Source: Lachnospiraceae bacterium
GTDB lineage: Bacteria > Bacillota > Clostridia > Lachnospirales > Lachnospiraceae
Length of the DNA: 64,000 bases
Direction of reading: 5' to 3'
Assembly: GCA_029338735.1 (NCBI GenBank)
Contig: JAQYAY010000038.1
Location: 3,669 to 67,668, forward strand
Part shown: one piece after another, positions 10,018-20,495 of the stretch
Numbering within the stretch: position 1 is the stretch's first letter
Layout of the letters: each line of letters opens with the position of its first letter
Position numbers and translations under genes: made by a program
Notes under the pieces: generated by a model
What the model was told of the DNA's origin: nothing
What the model saw: only the letters and a program-made list of their open reading frames with translations
Databases searched by the model: none

Positions 10018-10465
10018 TACCCCCTTTGCTTATTATGTCAGACTGAGGCATAAGCTCCTCATCGATTATCGTAAGCATCTCCACAAGCTTGTCATAGTCT
10101 TCCTGTGAGAAACGCTCTCTGACCTTTTCTGAAAGTTCCTGAATATATGATTCATTTGAAGAAATATACTTCTCATACCTGGCTGTCGGCACAAGGAAAT
10201 ATGTACGCTGGTCCCTCTTTGACTGGGTCTTCTTCAGATAGCCCTTCTTCACGAGACTGGCGACCCTGTATGCTGCATTAGGTGCTGAAATATGTACTGC
10301 TCTTGCGAACTGAGCGACAGTCGGCCTGCCAATGACTGATATCGTCTCCATACTCGACTTCTCTACAGATGTCAGGTCCTGGCCCTTTCCATCACTATTC
10401 TCTCCTGCCTGTGAAAAGCTGAGGCGGAGCTTGTTGTATATATTGTGAAGCACATCCTGTAACAT
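9977..10465 (-). CDS. MarR-family winged-helix transcriptional regulator
   Basis: 162 aa. The wHTH is PTVAQFARAVHISAPNAAYRVASLVKKGYLKK...DQRTYFLVPT. Its 3' end overlaps the next ORF by 41 nt in another frame. Confidence 0.7.
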   Translation of the reverse strand: MLQDVLHNIYNKLRLSFSQAGENSDGKGQDLTSVEKSSMETISVIGRPTVAQFARAVHISAPNAAYRVASLVKKGYLKKTQSKRDQRTYFLVPTARYEKYISSNESYIQELSEKVRERFSQEDYDKLVEMLTIIDEELMPQSDIISKGGNENATDEGTKEDN

Positions 10466-10524
10466 TAAATTCCTCCACGCTTCAAAAATCGTTAAAAATA
10501 TTTTACCATTTTTTTATAAAAAGG

Positions 10525-11127
10525 TCAATGTGAATTTTCCACCACCTGATCCATGAGATCCAGCACATCCTCACGTCCATCCTTTGTCACAGAAGAAAAA
10601 GGAAGGATGATCGGATCATCCGCCTGCGTATTTGATTTAATCGAATCCCTCACTACTTTAAGGGCATGCTGCACCTGTGACCGTTTCAGCTTGTCAGCCT
10701 TGGTGGCAATGATAACGGTCTCTATTCCAAGGTATGCGAGATAGTCTATCATCTGCAGATCCTGCTTTGTCGGCTCATGGCGGATATCCACAAGCAGAAA
10801 AACAGCCGCGAGCTGCTCGGACGTGGTCAGATACTTTTCTATCATCCGGCCCCACTTCTGAGCTGTCTCACGGCTTGTCTTTGCATAGCCATATCCAGGC
10901 AGATCCACTAGATAGATCTCTTTATTGATATTGTAATAATTGATGGTCTGCGTCTTTCCAGGCTTTGAAGAAGTACGTGCCAGCTTTGCCCTGTTCATCA
11001 GGCAGTTGATCAGGCTCGACTTCCCAGCATTAGAACGGCCGGCAAACGCCACTTCAGGAAGGGCATTCACCGGCAGTGTACTCGTAATTCCACAGACTGT
11101 CTCGAGTTCAACAGTTTTTATTATCAT
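10525..11127 (-). CDS. engB: Ribosome-biogenesis GTPase YsxC/EngB
   Basis: 200 aa. G1 is [13 protein letters not shown]3 is DLPGYG and G4 is TKADK. It overlaps the clpX stop. Confidence 0.9.
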   Translation of the reverse strand: MIIKTVELETVCGITSTLPVNALPEVAFAGRSNAGKSSLINCLMNRAKLARTSSKPGKTQTINYYNINKEIYLVDLPGYGYAKTSRETAQKWGRMIEKYLTTSEQLAAVFLLVDIRHEPTKQDLQMIDYLAYLGIETVIIATKADKLKRSQVQHALKVVRDSIKSNTQADDPIILPFSSVTKDGREDVLDLMDQVVENSH

Positions 11128-12440
11128 GCGCTCTCTTTATTCTTTTTGTCTTCAAGAGACACTACATTGTCATCTTTGTCTTCTATGCTGTCATCAAGAA
11201 GAAGATGTGAATCAACGATATCCCTCGTGATCGTGAGTTCCTTCATGCCGTCATCTGATGGGATCTCATACATGTAATCCATCATGACATTCTCCATGAT
11301 CGCACGAAGTCCTCTGGCTCCGGTCTTCCTCTCAAGTGACTTCCTGGCTATCTCTCTGATTGCATCATCATCGAAACGCAGCTCTACACCGTCCATTGCA
11401 AACAGTGCCTGATACTGCTTCACCAGTGCATTCTTAGGCTCTTTGAGTATGCGTACCAGATCATCCTCTGAGAGAAGATCAAGAGATACATTGATCGGCA
11501 CTCGTCCGATGAACTCAGGGATCAGCCCGTACTTCACGAAATCCTGAGGCAGTGCAAGCTTTAACAGCTCGCTCTCGCTCTTCTCCTTATTCGTGGTATC
11601 TGTCGGGTTCGTGTCGAATCCGATACGTCTGGTATCGAGTCTTGACTCTATGATCTTGTCGAGTCCTTCAAATGCTCCGCCACAGATGAACAGGATATTA
11701 GTCGTATTGATCTGAATCAGCTCCTGTTGAGGATGCTTACGGCCTCCCTGTGGAGGAACTGAAGCATTGGTTCCCTCGAGGATCTTTAAGAGTGCCTGCT
11801 GCACCCCCTCACCTGATACATCACGGGTGATCGATACATTCTCACTCTTCTTGGTGATCTTGTCTATCTCATCAATATATACGATTCCGAGCTCTGCACG
11901 AGGCACATTGTAGTCAGCTGCCTGTATGAGCTTCAGAAGAATATTCTCTACATCCTCACCGACATAGCCAGCTTCTGTAAGAGTCGTTGCATCTGCTATT
12001 GCAAATGGAACTCCAAGAACCCTTGCAAGTGTCTGGGCCAGAAGAGTCTTTCCTGAACCTGTAGGTCCAAGCATCAGGACATTACTCTTCTGCAGCTCAA
12101 CGTCTGCCTTATTGCCGGAAAGAATTCTCTTGTAATGATTGTATACTGCTACAGAAAGGACCTTTTTGGCCTCATCCTGACCTATGACATACTGGTCAAG
12201 AAAAGCCTTCAGCTCCTTCGGCTTCTGCAGATTGATCTCAAGACTGTCGGCATTGTCTATGCTTTTGAAAGGAGCCTTGAAATCATCGTTGAATTCCTCA
12301 TCGATGATCTCTGAACAGATATCCACACACTCATCACAGATATATGCACCATTCGGTCCTTCTATCAGCTTTCTTACCTCATTCTGGCTTCTACCGCAGA
12401 ATGAGCAATGGATGTCATTATCGAATCTTTTTCCTGCCAT
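11124..12440 (-). CDS. clpX: ATP-dependent Clp protease ATP-binding subunit ClpX
   Basis: 438 aa. The N-terminal zinc finger is CSFCG...CDEC. Walker A is GPTGSGKT. The IGF-loop region is present. Confidence 0.95.
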   Translation of the reverse strand: MAGKRFDNDIHCSFCGRSQNEVRKLIEGPNGAYICDECVDICSEIIDEEFNDDFKAPFKSIDNADSLEINLQKPKELKAFLDQYVIGQDEAKKVLSVAVYNHYKRILSGNKADVELQKSNVLMLGPTGSGKTLLAQTLARVLGVPFAIADATTLTEAGYVGEDVENILLKLIQAADYNVPRAELGIVYIDEIDKITKKSENVSITRDVSGEGVQQALLKILEGTNASVPPQGGRKHPQQELIQINTTNILFICGGAFEGLDKIIESRLDTRRIGFDTNPTDTTNKEKSESELLKLALPQDFVKYGLIPEFIGRVPINVSLDLLSEDDLVRILKEPKNALVKQYQALFAMDGVELRFDDDAIREIARKSLERKTGARGLRAIMENVMMDYMYEIPSDDGMKELTITRDIVDSHLLLDDSIEDKDDNVVSLEDKKNKESA

Positions 12441-12442
12441 TA

Positions 12443-13036
12443 TTACTCCTCACGGTTGGTGATGACTTTGTCGATCAGACCATAGTCAAGAGCTTCATCG
12501 GCTGACATATAGTGATCACGGTCCGTATCGGCTGCGATCTGTTCTACTGACTTGCCGGTGTTCTGAGCTAAGAGCTCATTCAATCTCTTCTTGGTCTTTA
12601 AAATATTCTCAGCTGCAATCTCAATCTCTGTAGCCTGACCCTTTGTACCGCCTGACGGCTGATGGATCATGATTTCAGAATTAGGAAGTGCCATTCTCTT
12701 GCCCTTGGCACCGCCGGCGAGAAGGAATGCTCCCATAGATGCAGCAAGACCTACACAGATGGTAGATACATCACACTTGATGTACTGCATTGTATCGTAG
12801 ATGGCAAATCCTGCTGTCACCATTCCACCAGGGGAGTTGATATAGAGATGGATATCCTTGTTCGGGTCCTCTGACTCGAGGAAAAGCAGCTGTGCGACTA
12901 CAAGTGATGCTGTAGTCTCATTTACCTCTTCTCCTAAAAAGATGATCCTGTCCTTTAAAAGACGTGAATATATATCGTATGTTCTCTCGCCTCTGGAATT
13001 CTGTTCAACGACATAAGGTATTGTTGCCATAAGCAC
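12443..13036 (-). CDS. clpP: ATP-dependent Clp protease proteolytic subunit ClpP
   Basis: 197 aa. The Ser-His-Asp triad context is [11 protein letters not shown] and IMIHQP. Confidence 0.95.
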   Translation of the reverse strand: MLMATIPYVVEQNSRGERTYDIYSRLLKDRIIFLGEEVNETTASLVVAQLLFLESEDPNKDIHLYINSPGGMVTAGFAIYDTMQYIKCDVSTICVGLAASMGAFLLAGGAKGKRMALPNSEIMIHQPSGGTKGQATEIEIAAENILKTKKRLNELLAQNTGKSVEQIAADTDRDHYMSADEALDYGLIDKVITNREE

Positions 13037-13056
13037 TTCTTCCTTCCGTATATGTA

Positions 13057-14421
13057 TTACTCTTCGGTAGTCTCTTCTTTTTCGTCCTGACTATCTTCCT
13101 TGTCGGCAGCTTTCTTGGCAGTTGACTTTCTCTTGGCTCTTTCCTTTACATGATCCATTACGAAGTCAATAGCCTTCTCCATTCTGATCTGCTCCTTGAA
13201 GCTGTCCATCTCATCATCCTGGATATTGGCCTTGAGATCCTCTGCCTTCATATTGTACTGCTTTGCCATATCATCGATACGCTTGTCGATGTCCTCATCA
13301 GTAGCATCGAGCTTTTCAGCATCTGCAATTGCACCAAGGCAGAGAGATGTCTTTATTCTCTTGACAGCCTCTGGTCTTGTCTGCTCACGGAACTTGTCGA
13401 TTGTCATTCCTGTGAACTGGAGATACTGCTGGAATGAGAGCCCGCTCTGAGCGAGATTTCTGGAATAATCATTGATGATATTGTTCACCTGTGTATCAAC
13501 CATTGCATCAGGGATATCCATCTCTGACTTCTCAACGATCTTGGTCAGGGCCTCGTCCTCTTTTGTACGCTTGGCCTCATCTTCCTTGGTCTTCTCGAGC
13601 TTCTGCTTTACATCAGCCTTGTACTCATCAACTGTATCGAATGAAGTGGTATCCTGAACGTACTCCTCATCAAGGGTTGGCACTTCCTTGGTCTTGACTT
13701 CATTGATCCTGACAGCGAATACTGCTGGCTTTCCAGCAAGGCTCTTCTCCTGATAATCCTCAGGGAAAGTAACATTGACATCAAGCTCATCTCCGGCCTT
13801 GTGACCTACGAGCTGATCCTCGAAATTGTCGATGAATGAATGAGAACCGATCTCGAGTGAATAGTTCTCGCTCTTGCCGCCTGCGAAGTGCTCACCGTCT
13901 ACAGAACCATCGAAGTCGATAACTGCAGTATCGCCATTCTCGATTGCTCCGTCCTTTGTGATAGTACGGGCATTCTTCTGAAGCTCTGCTTCTACTTCTT
14001 TATCTACTTCTTCATCTGAAACTGAAGTATCAATTTTGGTGACTGTGACACCGTCATACTTACCAAGTGTTACCTCAGGCTTTGTAGCTACTTCTGCTGT
14101 AAAAATGAAATCCTTGCCCTTCTCGATCTGAACTATATCGATCTTCGGGGAAGATACTATATCAAGGCCACTCTCATCATATGCCTTAGGATACTCCTTG
14201 CTCACAAGGATATTGGCTGCATCCTCATAGAAGACGTCTGCTCCGTAAATCTGCTCAACGACCTGCATTGGTACATGGCCCTTACGGAAACCTCTGATGG
14301 AGATTCTGTTTCTGCTACGGTCATATGCCTGCTTAATGGCCTCATCGAGTTCTTTAGCATCGACGGTAACCGTCATCTTTGACATATTCTTTGTGTCGAG
14401 TTGTTCTACCTTTACGCTCAT
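13057..14421 (-). CDS. tig: Trigger factor
   Basis: The track ORF extends to 14514. The start MSVKVEQLD at 14421 sits after AGGAGGAAA. The ribosome-binding motif GFRKGHVP and the FKBP-type PPIase domain are present. Confidence 0.9.
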   Translation of the reverse strand: MSVKVEQLDTKNMSKMTVTVDAKELDEAIKQAYDRSRNRISIRGFRKGHVPMQVVEQIYGADVFYEDAANILVSKEYPKAYDESGLDIVSSPKIDIVQIEKGKDFIFTAEVATKPEVTLGKYDGVTVTKIDTSVSDEEVDKEVEAELQKNARTITKDGAIENGDTAVIDFDGSVDGEHFAGGKSENYSLEIGSHSFIDNFEDQLVGHKAGDELDVNVTFPEDYQEKSLAGKPAVFAVRINEVKTKEVPTLDEEYVQDTTSFDTVDEYKADVKQKLEKTKEDEAKRTKEDEALTKIVEKSEMDIPDAMVDTQVNNIINDYSRNLAQSGLSFQQYLQFTGMTIDKFREQTRPEAVKRIKTSLCLGAIADAEKLDATDEDIDKRIDDMAKQYNMKAEDLKANIQDDEMDSFKEQIRMEKAIDFVMDHVKERAKRKSTAKKAADKEDSQDEKEETTEE

Positions 14422-14510
14422 TTTATTTGTTTTCCTCCTGGATAAAATATGCATAGAGCCTGAAAACCCCGTGCAACAAATAGACATTCTATCACAGGGT
14501 TTCAAAAATA

Positions 14511-15062
14511 TCAAGCTTTATATACTACCGAGTCTAAAATCTGGCCTGCCTTCTCCTTGCCGCAGAAATACTCTATTATGGCTCCGCCGAACGGAATTGC
14601 AGTTCCGAGTCCACGACTCGTTATGATATTTCCGTCTCTTACGACCTCATCAGTCTTCTTATGTGCTCCGGTGAGTCCGTCTTCCATTCCTGGATAGCAG
14701 GTAGCATTTTTACCCTTCAGGATTCCGGCATATCCAAGGACTGTCGGCGCTGCACAGATAGCTGCAACCAGCTTGCCTTCTTTTGCATATTTCTTCACAA
14801 GTGCTATGACTTTGGAATCTTCCTTCAGGTGATTCGTACCTGGCATTCCTCCTGGAAGGATCAGGCCGTCATATGCATCCTCATCGAAATCCTTCATCAC
14901 CCTGTCGCAGATAAAGGTGATATTTCTTGCACTTGTGACCTGTCGTGAGTCTTGGATAGATACCATATCAATATCTATGCCTGCACGGCGGAGCAGATCA
15001 ACCTGTGTGAGCGCCTCGCACTCTTCACAGCCATCAGCTATCATGATTGCTACTTTTGACAT
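14511..15062 (-). CDS. DJ-1/PfpI family protein
   Basis: 183 aa. The nucleophile elbow AAICAAP and the LPGG motif are present. Confidence 0.85.
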   Translation of the reverse strand: MSKVAIMIADGCEECEALTQVDLLRRAGIDIDMVSIQDSRQVTSARNITFICDRVMKDFDEDAYDGLILPGGMPGTNHLKEDSKVIALVKKYAKEGKLVAAICAAPTVLGYAGILKGKNATCYPGMEDGLTGAHKKTDEVVRDGNIITSRGLGTAIPFGGAIIEYFCGKEKAGQILDSVVYKA

Positions 15063-15131
15063 AATGATTTCCTTTCTATATAATAAGCTTATGTTACACT
15101 ATGAAAGTATGTAGAAACAGAGGCACCTGCC

Positions 15132-15620
15132 ATGGAAATAGAGCGCAAATTCCTGATTGATCAGGACAGAATACCGTTTGATATCAGTGCATTCCCATAT
15201 AAAGAAATAAAACAGGGATACATCCTTCATTCCCCAGCCCTTAGAATAAGGAAGGAAAATGAAGACTATATCCTCACATATAAGGATAAGGGCGGTCTGT
15301 CAAGGGAAGAGATCAATATGGCCATCCCGTCTGACGCCGGCGAGAAGCTCTTCACCAAATGTGATGGTCATATCATTGACAAGACCAGGTATCTGATCCC
15401 TGCAGATACAAAGGACCTCACATCCGGAAGAGATCTCGTAATTGAACTCGATGTATTCCATGGTGAATTCAGTTCACTCTGCTATGCAGAAGTTGAATTT
15501 GATTCAGAGGAAAGTGCTCATTCTTATAACCCGCCTGAATGGTTCGGCAGGGATGTGACCGGTATCCGCGGCTTTTCGAACAGTGATCTGTCGAAATATG
15601 GGATGCCGTCTGATTATTAA
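15132..15620 (+). CDS. CYTH-domain protein (triphosphate tunnel metalloenzyme)
   Basis: 162 aa. The N-terminal MEIERKFL matches the ExExK signature, and the beta-rich pattern fits. Confidence 0.75.
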   Translation: MEIERKFLIDQDRIPFDISAFPYKEIKQGYILHSPALRIRKENEDYILTYKDKGGLSREEINMAIPSDAGEKLFTKCDGHIIDKTRYLIPADTKDLTSGRDLVIELDVFHGEFSSLCYAEVEFDSEESAHSYNPPEWFGRDVTGIRGFSNSDLSKYGMPSDY

Positions 15621-16168
15621 TTGCCACGGAGCCTTGTAGTCTCGAATCTCTTTCTGGTCCCAAGGCAGCGCAGCAGTTCATCTATCCTGCCATCAAGCGG
15701 ACCATCATCTATGATAAAGTCAAGTGAAGCTGCCATATTGTCCAGGATCGTATCATCAATTTCTGATTCCTCTGCCATTCTCTTAGCGATCTTGAACTTC
15801 TCTTCAAAATCATCTGTATCAAGGAACGCAAGCATATCCCTGACTGCAGGTGGATTATCATCCTGTCCCTCTGTATCCTGAGTTCCTGTCTCAGTATGTA
15901 TAGCCTCGGTCTCAAGGTTCTCGATAGCAGCTCTCTCCCTTGTGGATATGGCCTTTTCTCTTTCAGGAGGTCTCGTGACCATCACATCCACATCGGTAAA
16001 AATACTGTCAAACTTCTCCTGTGGAACAATAAGCCTCAGAAAATCTCCAAACAGCTGCTGCACCACAACCACATTCTTCTCACTCTCAAGCGAAAGTGCG
16101 GTACAGATTGCCTGATACAGGTTTCCGCTTCTGTCCTTGTACTTCTCCCCGGATATGATCTTTCCCAA
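15617..16168 (-). CDS. Hypothetical acidic protein (N-terminus weakly DUF1653-like)
   Basis: 183 aa. It is a long ORF with no competing frame. The similarity call is from memory only. Confidence 0.45.
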   Translation of the reverse strand: MGKIISGEKYKDRSGNLYQAICTALSLESEKNVVVVQQLFGDFLRLIVPQEKFDSIFTDVDVMVTRPPEREKAISTRERAAIENLETEAIHTETGTQDTEGQDDNPPAVRDMLAFLDTDDFEEKFKIAKRMAEESEIDDTILDNMAASLDFIIDDGPLDGRIDELLRCLGTRKRFETTRLRGN

Positions 16169-16244
16169 AAAGTAACCTTCTTTCCTGTGTCATAATCAGG
16201 ACACTGTAGCTATTATATCATTTCTGACCATTTTTATAAAGGAG

Positions 16245-18191
16245 CTAAAGATTGAACTGCTTCACGTAGTTCAGGAATTCATCCTCTGGTACCGGCTTGG
16301 AATAGAAATATCCCTGAAGATACCTGACACCGTCTTTTACAAGCCTGTCCTTCTGGTCCTCTGTTTCGACTCCTTCTACAACAGCTTCTCTTCTGAGTCC
16401 ACGTATCAGACTGATCATATTGTCAAAAATGACCTCATTGTCATGACTCTTGAATGAATTCCACAGGAAACTCTTATCCACTTTGATAATGCGGAAAGGA
16501 TAGTTCATGATATACGAATAGTTGGCATTGCCTGTGCCAAAGTCATCAAGAGCAAAGGCCAATCCCATATCATGCAGCCTGTGAAGCACATCCTGCATCG
16601 TGGATTCACTGCCAACCACTGCTGATTCAGTGATCTCAAGATTTATCTCGTCAGATGTAACTCCGTATTTCTTCATGATCTCCGCAAAACGGTCAGGCAG
16701 ATCAGTATCCATGCACTGGATCGTAGACAGATTCACTTCTATAAAGTCTATCCCATACTGCTTTGGATTCTTTTCTGAGATAAAGCGACAGACTTTCTCG
16801 AATACTATCTCTCCGATCTTTCCTACCATTCCGGTATGTTCTGCCACCTTGATGAATTCCTCAGGCGATACATATCCCATATCCCTGTCATTCATCCTGA
16901 CAAGCGCTTCACAGGAATGGATACGATTTGTCATGGTATCATATATCGGCTGATAGAATACTTCAAAGGTATTCCCATCGAGTGCACGGTTCAGTGCGAC
17001 CTCTACCATCGCACGTCTCGCATCAGCCTTCATCACGTCCTCTGCATAAAGGATTCTGTCAGTTGGCAGATTCGCATCGTATCCTCTGTCTGTGAATACC
17101 AGCATCTGTTCTGACTGCGAGATATCATACGGAACAGAACCTATGAGAACCTGAGCCGAATACATTGCTGGTGTGTAATTATATTCCCATTCACGGCTGA
17201 AACGGTTCATGATCATATCAGCCATTGCTACTGCATTTTCCTCAGTATCGTTGAACAGCATCACAGCATATGTGAGTGGCGAGATATGATACACATGGAT
17301 CCTCTCTCTTGTGAGCTGTGACATCCATACATTTATTTTTCTCAGGAGCCCGCTGGCTATTTCCTCTCCAAGCGTCACCTCATACATTTCATTCCTTCTT
17401 ATACGGACCGAAATGACATATGAAGTATAATCTGTGCCTTCAAAAAGGATATTTGTCTCTCTCATGAGGGCATTTTTATTCATGAGAGATGTGCCCTCTT
17501 CAAATGTCTCCCTGTCATTCTCGATATATACATATACACCAAGCATGCACAGTGACTGAAGGAAGACTGTGACACGAAGATACTCATCGATCCATTCAAA
17601 CATCATGGAAACGATAAATCCTATCGTCACAAAAACGACATAACGCAGGTCTTTCTGTGCAAATGTATTCCAGTTCCTCACCATTATCAGAACACCGATC
17701 AGCAGATATGCTATTATGATTCCATAATAGATGACTGCATACAGTTGTCCACGGTTGTAAAAGCCTGCCTTGTCATAGTAAAACAACAGGTGTCTGAGCG
17801 GCGGAACCAGTTCAAATACTGTCAGAAGAATCTGCGGGATTGATATCAGCCAGACTTCGGAATGCCTTACCTCCCTGAAACTCACCAGTATCTCAAGGAG
17901 ATACAGTGTCAGAAGGAACGCTATTGATTCATGGAAGTAATGCGCTACAACAGTGATAAAAGTCTTGAGATTGTTGGAGCAGTCCAGCAGCCCATTTCTC
18001 ATCAGTCCATCGGCGTCCTCGGCTATTGCTGCAATGGTCAGATTTATGAGTAGTAAAACAAACAGCTTCGAACGGTAATTCCTTGCTTTCTTTCTGCTCA
18101 GAAAGAACACAAGAATAAGCGTATCCATCAGACTGGCAGCTATATTGAAATTCAGATTATACTTGCCTGGTGTATACAGTAAATCAAGCAT
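16245..18191 (-). CDS. Membrane-bound c-di-GMP phosphodiesterase: polytopic N-domain, degenerate GGDEF, EAL
   Basis: 648 aa. There are about 6-7 N-terminal TM helices. The middle domain has no GGDEF/GGEEF motif. The EAL domain has EALVRM, NLEITES, DDFGTG, KVDKSF and EGVET. Confidence 0.8.
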   Translation of the reverse strand: MLDLLYTPGKYNLNFNIAASLMDTLILVFFLSRKKARNYRSKLFVLLLINLTIAAIAEDADGLMRNGLLDCSNNLKTFITVVAHYFHESIAFLLTLYLLEILVSFREVRHSEVWLISIPQILLTVFELVPPLRHLLFYYDKAGFYNRGQLYAVIYYGIIIAYLLIGVLIMVRNWNTFAQKDLRYVVFVTIGFIVSMMFEWIDEYLRVTVFLQSLCMLGVYVYIENDRETFEEGTSLMNKNALMRETNILFEGTDYTSYVISVRIRRNEMYEVTLGEEIASGLLRKINVWMSQLTRERIHVYHISPLTYAVMLFNDTEENAVAMADMIMNRFSREWEYNYTPAMYSAQVLIGSVPYDISQSEQMLVFTDRGYDANLPTDRILYAEDVMKADARRAMVEVALNRALDGNTFEVFYQPIYDTMTNRIHSCEALVRMNDRDMGYVSPEEFIKVAEHTGMVGKIGEIVFEKVCRFISEKNPKQYGIDFIEVNLSTIQCMDTDLPDRFAEIMKKYGVTSDEINLEITESAVVGSESTMQDVLHRLHDMGLAFALDDFGTGNANYSYIMNYPFRIIKVDKSFLWNSFKSHDNEVIFDNMISLIRGLRREAVVEGVETEDQKDRLVKDGVRYLQGYFYSKPVPEDEFLNYVKQFNL

Positions 18192-18217
18192 AATTCTCCT
18201 CCTTCTATACTCCCACC

Positions 18218-19015
18218 CTACTTCGTGAGTATCACAAGCAGCTTCTTTGAAGTATCCATATGCTTGCTGTTATTCACGAAGCCAAATACCGGCACTGCAT
18301 CCCTGTACAGTTTATTTTCCTTCAGATATCTGCTGTCAGAAAGAATGATACCGACCGGTACCGGATCATCCATAGTGGATGGATCCGGCTTTCTGAAATT
18401 CTCATACGTCTCCGATGCTCTTGCCTTTGCTTGCTGTTCCTCAAGAGCTGAACCATCATAGTCAGGATCCTGTGTCTCCTTCTGGATCTTCCTGATCTCT
18501 GTCAGATCCACGTAGTACAGATCATCCTTATATTTTTTGAGTTCTTCCTTCGACAGCACATCTCTCAGATCCTGAAAACTGGCTGTCTCCACATAGTAAT
18601 AGAAATTCCAGGCGTCACAGACCATTGAATCAAGCGAAGCATTCATCATCTCTGCACCTATGGCTGTATTATTGCCCACATCTGACTGATCCTGCATTCC
18701 GCCTGGCGTCAGTGTCCTCGAAGTCAGAATCTCGACATTGTCCTTCTTCGTATCTATGCCTGCTGCCTTTGCAGTCTGCTCCGCCAGATCTTCTGATGCA
18801 TCATCCGATTCAGCACCGGTATTGATAAATTCTGCTATATACACCGTCGGCTTCTTCGTAAGCTGTGAATGTATAAGCGCTGCAGCAAATATTACTATTG
18901 CAGCTATGACTATTACCCAGATCAGATAATAGTGCATGAAATATGCTATTCTGTGCTTTACCGATGTGCCTTTCTGCTTGTCCCACTGCTCTTTGATATC
19001 GTCTATTACTGCCAT
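18218..19015 (-). CDS. Hypothetical membrane-anchored protein
   Basis: 265 aa with a single TM (YYLIWVIVIAAIVIFAAALI), then an acidic extracytoplasmic region. Confidence 0.5.
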   Translation of the reverse strand: MAVIDDIKEQWDKQKGTSVKHRIAYFMHYYLIWVIVIAAIVIFAAALIHSQLTKKPTVYIAEFINTGAESDDASEDLAEQTAKAAGIDTKKDNVEILTSRTLTPGGMQDQSDVGNNTAIGAEMMNASLDSMVCDAWNFYYYVETASFQDLRDVLSKEELKKYKDDLYYVDLTEIRKIQKETQDPDYDGSALEEQQAKARASETYENFRKPDPSTMDDPVPVGIILSDSRYLKENKLYRDAVPVFGFVNNSKHMDTSKKLLVILTK

Positions 19016-19025
19016 TTTCTATCCT

Positions 19026-19214
19026 TCAGACAAACTGGTTCACTTTCGGATCATACTCATAGCCTATTGTGGCAAGCCTCTTCTTTATCTCATCCTCTGT
19101 CGTCTCGAACTTTCCTGCCAGCATCGCGAGATCTGGTTCCTTGTCCCGCAGCTGCATGTTCACGATTGAGAGGAGCATGGCCGGGTCGTGTGGTAAATCC
19201 ATGTCACACCTCAT
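19026..19214 (-). CDS. DUF4250-like small protein
   Basis: 62 aa. The sequence is DPAMLLSIVNMQLRDKEPDLAMLAGKFETTEDEIKKRLATIGYEYDPKVNQF. It overlaps the purD stop. Confidence 0.6.
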   Translation of the reverse strand: MRCDMDLPHDPAMLLSIVNMQLRDKEPDLAMLAGKFETTEDEIKKRLATIGYEYDPKVNQFV

Positions 19215-20484
19215 CTATTGCGTGTCCGATATCATGACGCATATATTTATTCCTGAAGTCCACCCATTCTGTAGCAGCATACGCCTTCTTACGGGCCTCT
19301 TTTAAATCCTTGCCGACTGCTGTGATACCGAGGACACGGCCTCCGTTTGTGAGAATTGTCTTTCCATCATCTGCAAACTTCGTGCCTGAATGGAAACAGT
19401 AATACTCCTTATTGTCGAAACGTGGGTCATCTAGTCCTGTGATCGGGAATCCCTTGTCATACTTCACCGGATAGCCTTCGCTTGCGAGGATTACGCAGCA
19501 TGCTGCATCGTCTTCGAACTCCACCTTGATCTGATCGAGCCTACCATCCACGCAGTGCTCCATGACATCTATGATATCTGTCTTCTGCCTTGGAAGAACG
19601 ACCTGTGCCTCTGGATCTCCGAAACGGCAATTGTACTCGAGCACCTTCGGGCCATCAGGGGTAAGCATGAGTCCGAAGAAGATGACTCCTACGAATGGTC
19701 TTCCCTCGGCTGCCATTGCATCCACTGTCTTCTGATAGATATGCTCCTTGCAGAACTCATCTACTTCCTTCGTGTAGTACGGTGATGGAGATATGTTTCC
19801 CATGCCGCCTGTATTGAGACCTGTATCATGATCTCCGGCTCTCTTATGATCCATTGCTGAGCTCATGAGCTGGATCGTCTTGCCATCTGTATATGAAAGG
19901 ACTGATACCTCCGGGCCTGTCATGAATTCCTCGATGACTATGGTATCTCCGGCTTCGCCGAACTTCTTGTCTTCCATCAGGGTCCTGACACCCTCATAGG
20001 CTTCTTCTCTTGTCTCACAGATCAGCACTCCTTTACCGAGTGCGAGTCCGCTGGCCTTTAAAACGATAGGGATCTTTGCAGTCTTCAGATACTCAAGTGC
20101 TGCCTCCGGATCTGTAAATGTCTCATAGGCTGCTGTAGGGATGTCATACTTCTTCATCAGATCCTTTGAAAAAGCTTTGCTGCCTTCAAGGATCGCTGCG
20201 TTCTTGCGTGGTCCGAATACCTTTAATCCGGCTTTTTCGAACTCATCTACGACTCCGCCTACGAGCGGATCATCCATTCCTACTATTGTAAAATCGATTT
20301 CTTTTTCTTTTGCGAATGCTACGAGCTTGTCGAATTCCATTGCACCTATCGGAACACACTCTGCTACTGATGCTATTCCTGCATTTCCTGGCGCACAGTA
20401 TATCTTATCTGCCTTAGGGCTTTTGGCTACTGCAGCGCAGATGGCATGCTCTCTTCCGCCGCTGCCGATTACAAGTATTTTCAT
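19204..20484 (-). CDS. purD: Phosphoribosylamine-glycine ligase
   Basis: 426 aa. MKILVIGSGGREHA is present, with an ATP-grasp fold. Confidence 0.95.
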   Translation of the reverse strand: MKILVIGSGGREHAICAAVAKSPKADKIYCAPGNAGIASVAECVPIGAMEFDKLVAFAKEKEIDFTIVGMDDPLVGGVVDEFEKAGLKVFGPRKNAAILEGSKAFSKDLMKKYDIPTAAYETFTDPEAALEYLKTAKIPIVLKASGLALGKGVLICETREEAYEGVRTLMEDKKFGEAGDTIVIEEFMTGPEVSVLSYTDGKTIQLMSSAMDHKRAGDHDTGLNTGGMGNISPSPYYTKEVDEFCKEHIYQKTVDAMAAEGRPFVGVIFFGLMLTPDGPKVLEYNCRFGDPEAQVVLPRQKTDIIDVMEHCVDGRLDQIKVEFEDDAACCVILASEGYPVKYDKGFPITGLDDPRFDNKEYYCFHSGTKFADDGKTILTNGGRVLGITAVGKDLKEARKKAYAATEWVDFRNKYMRHDIGHAIDEV

Positions 20485-20495
20485 GGTTCTGCTCC

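Noticed and set aside
14422-14514. N-terminal extensions of track ORFs (tig to 14514; likewise thl to 47888, Rrf2 to 49828, GntR from 63086, the lipoprotein PPIase to 61464)
   Set aside because: Internal ATGs preceded by good SD sequences give N-termini that match the known families. The extensions have odd composition and overlap promoters or neighbouring genes.
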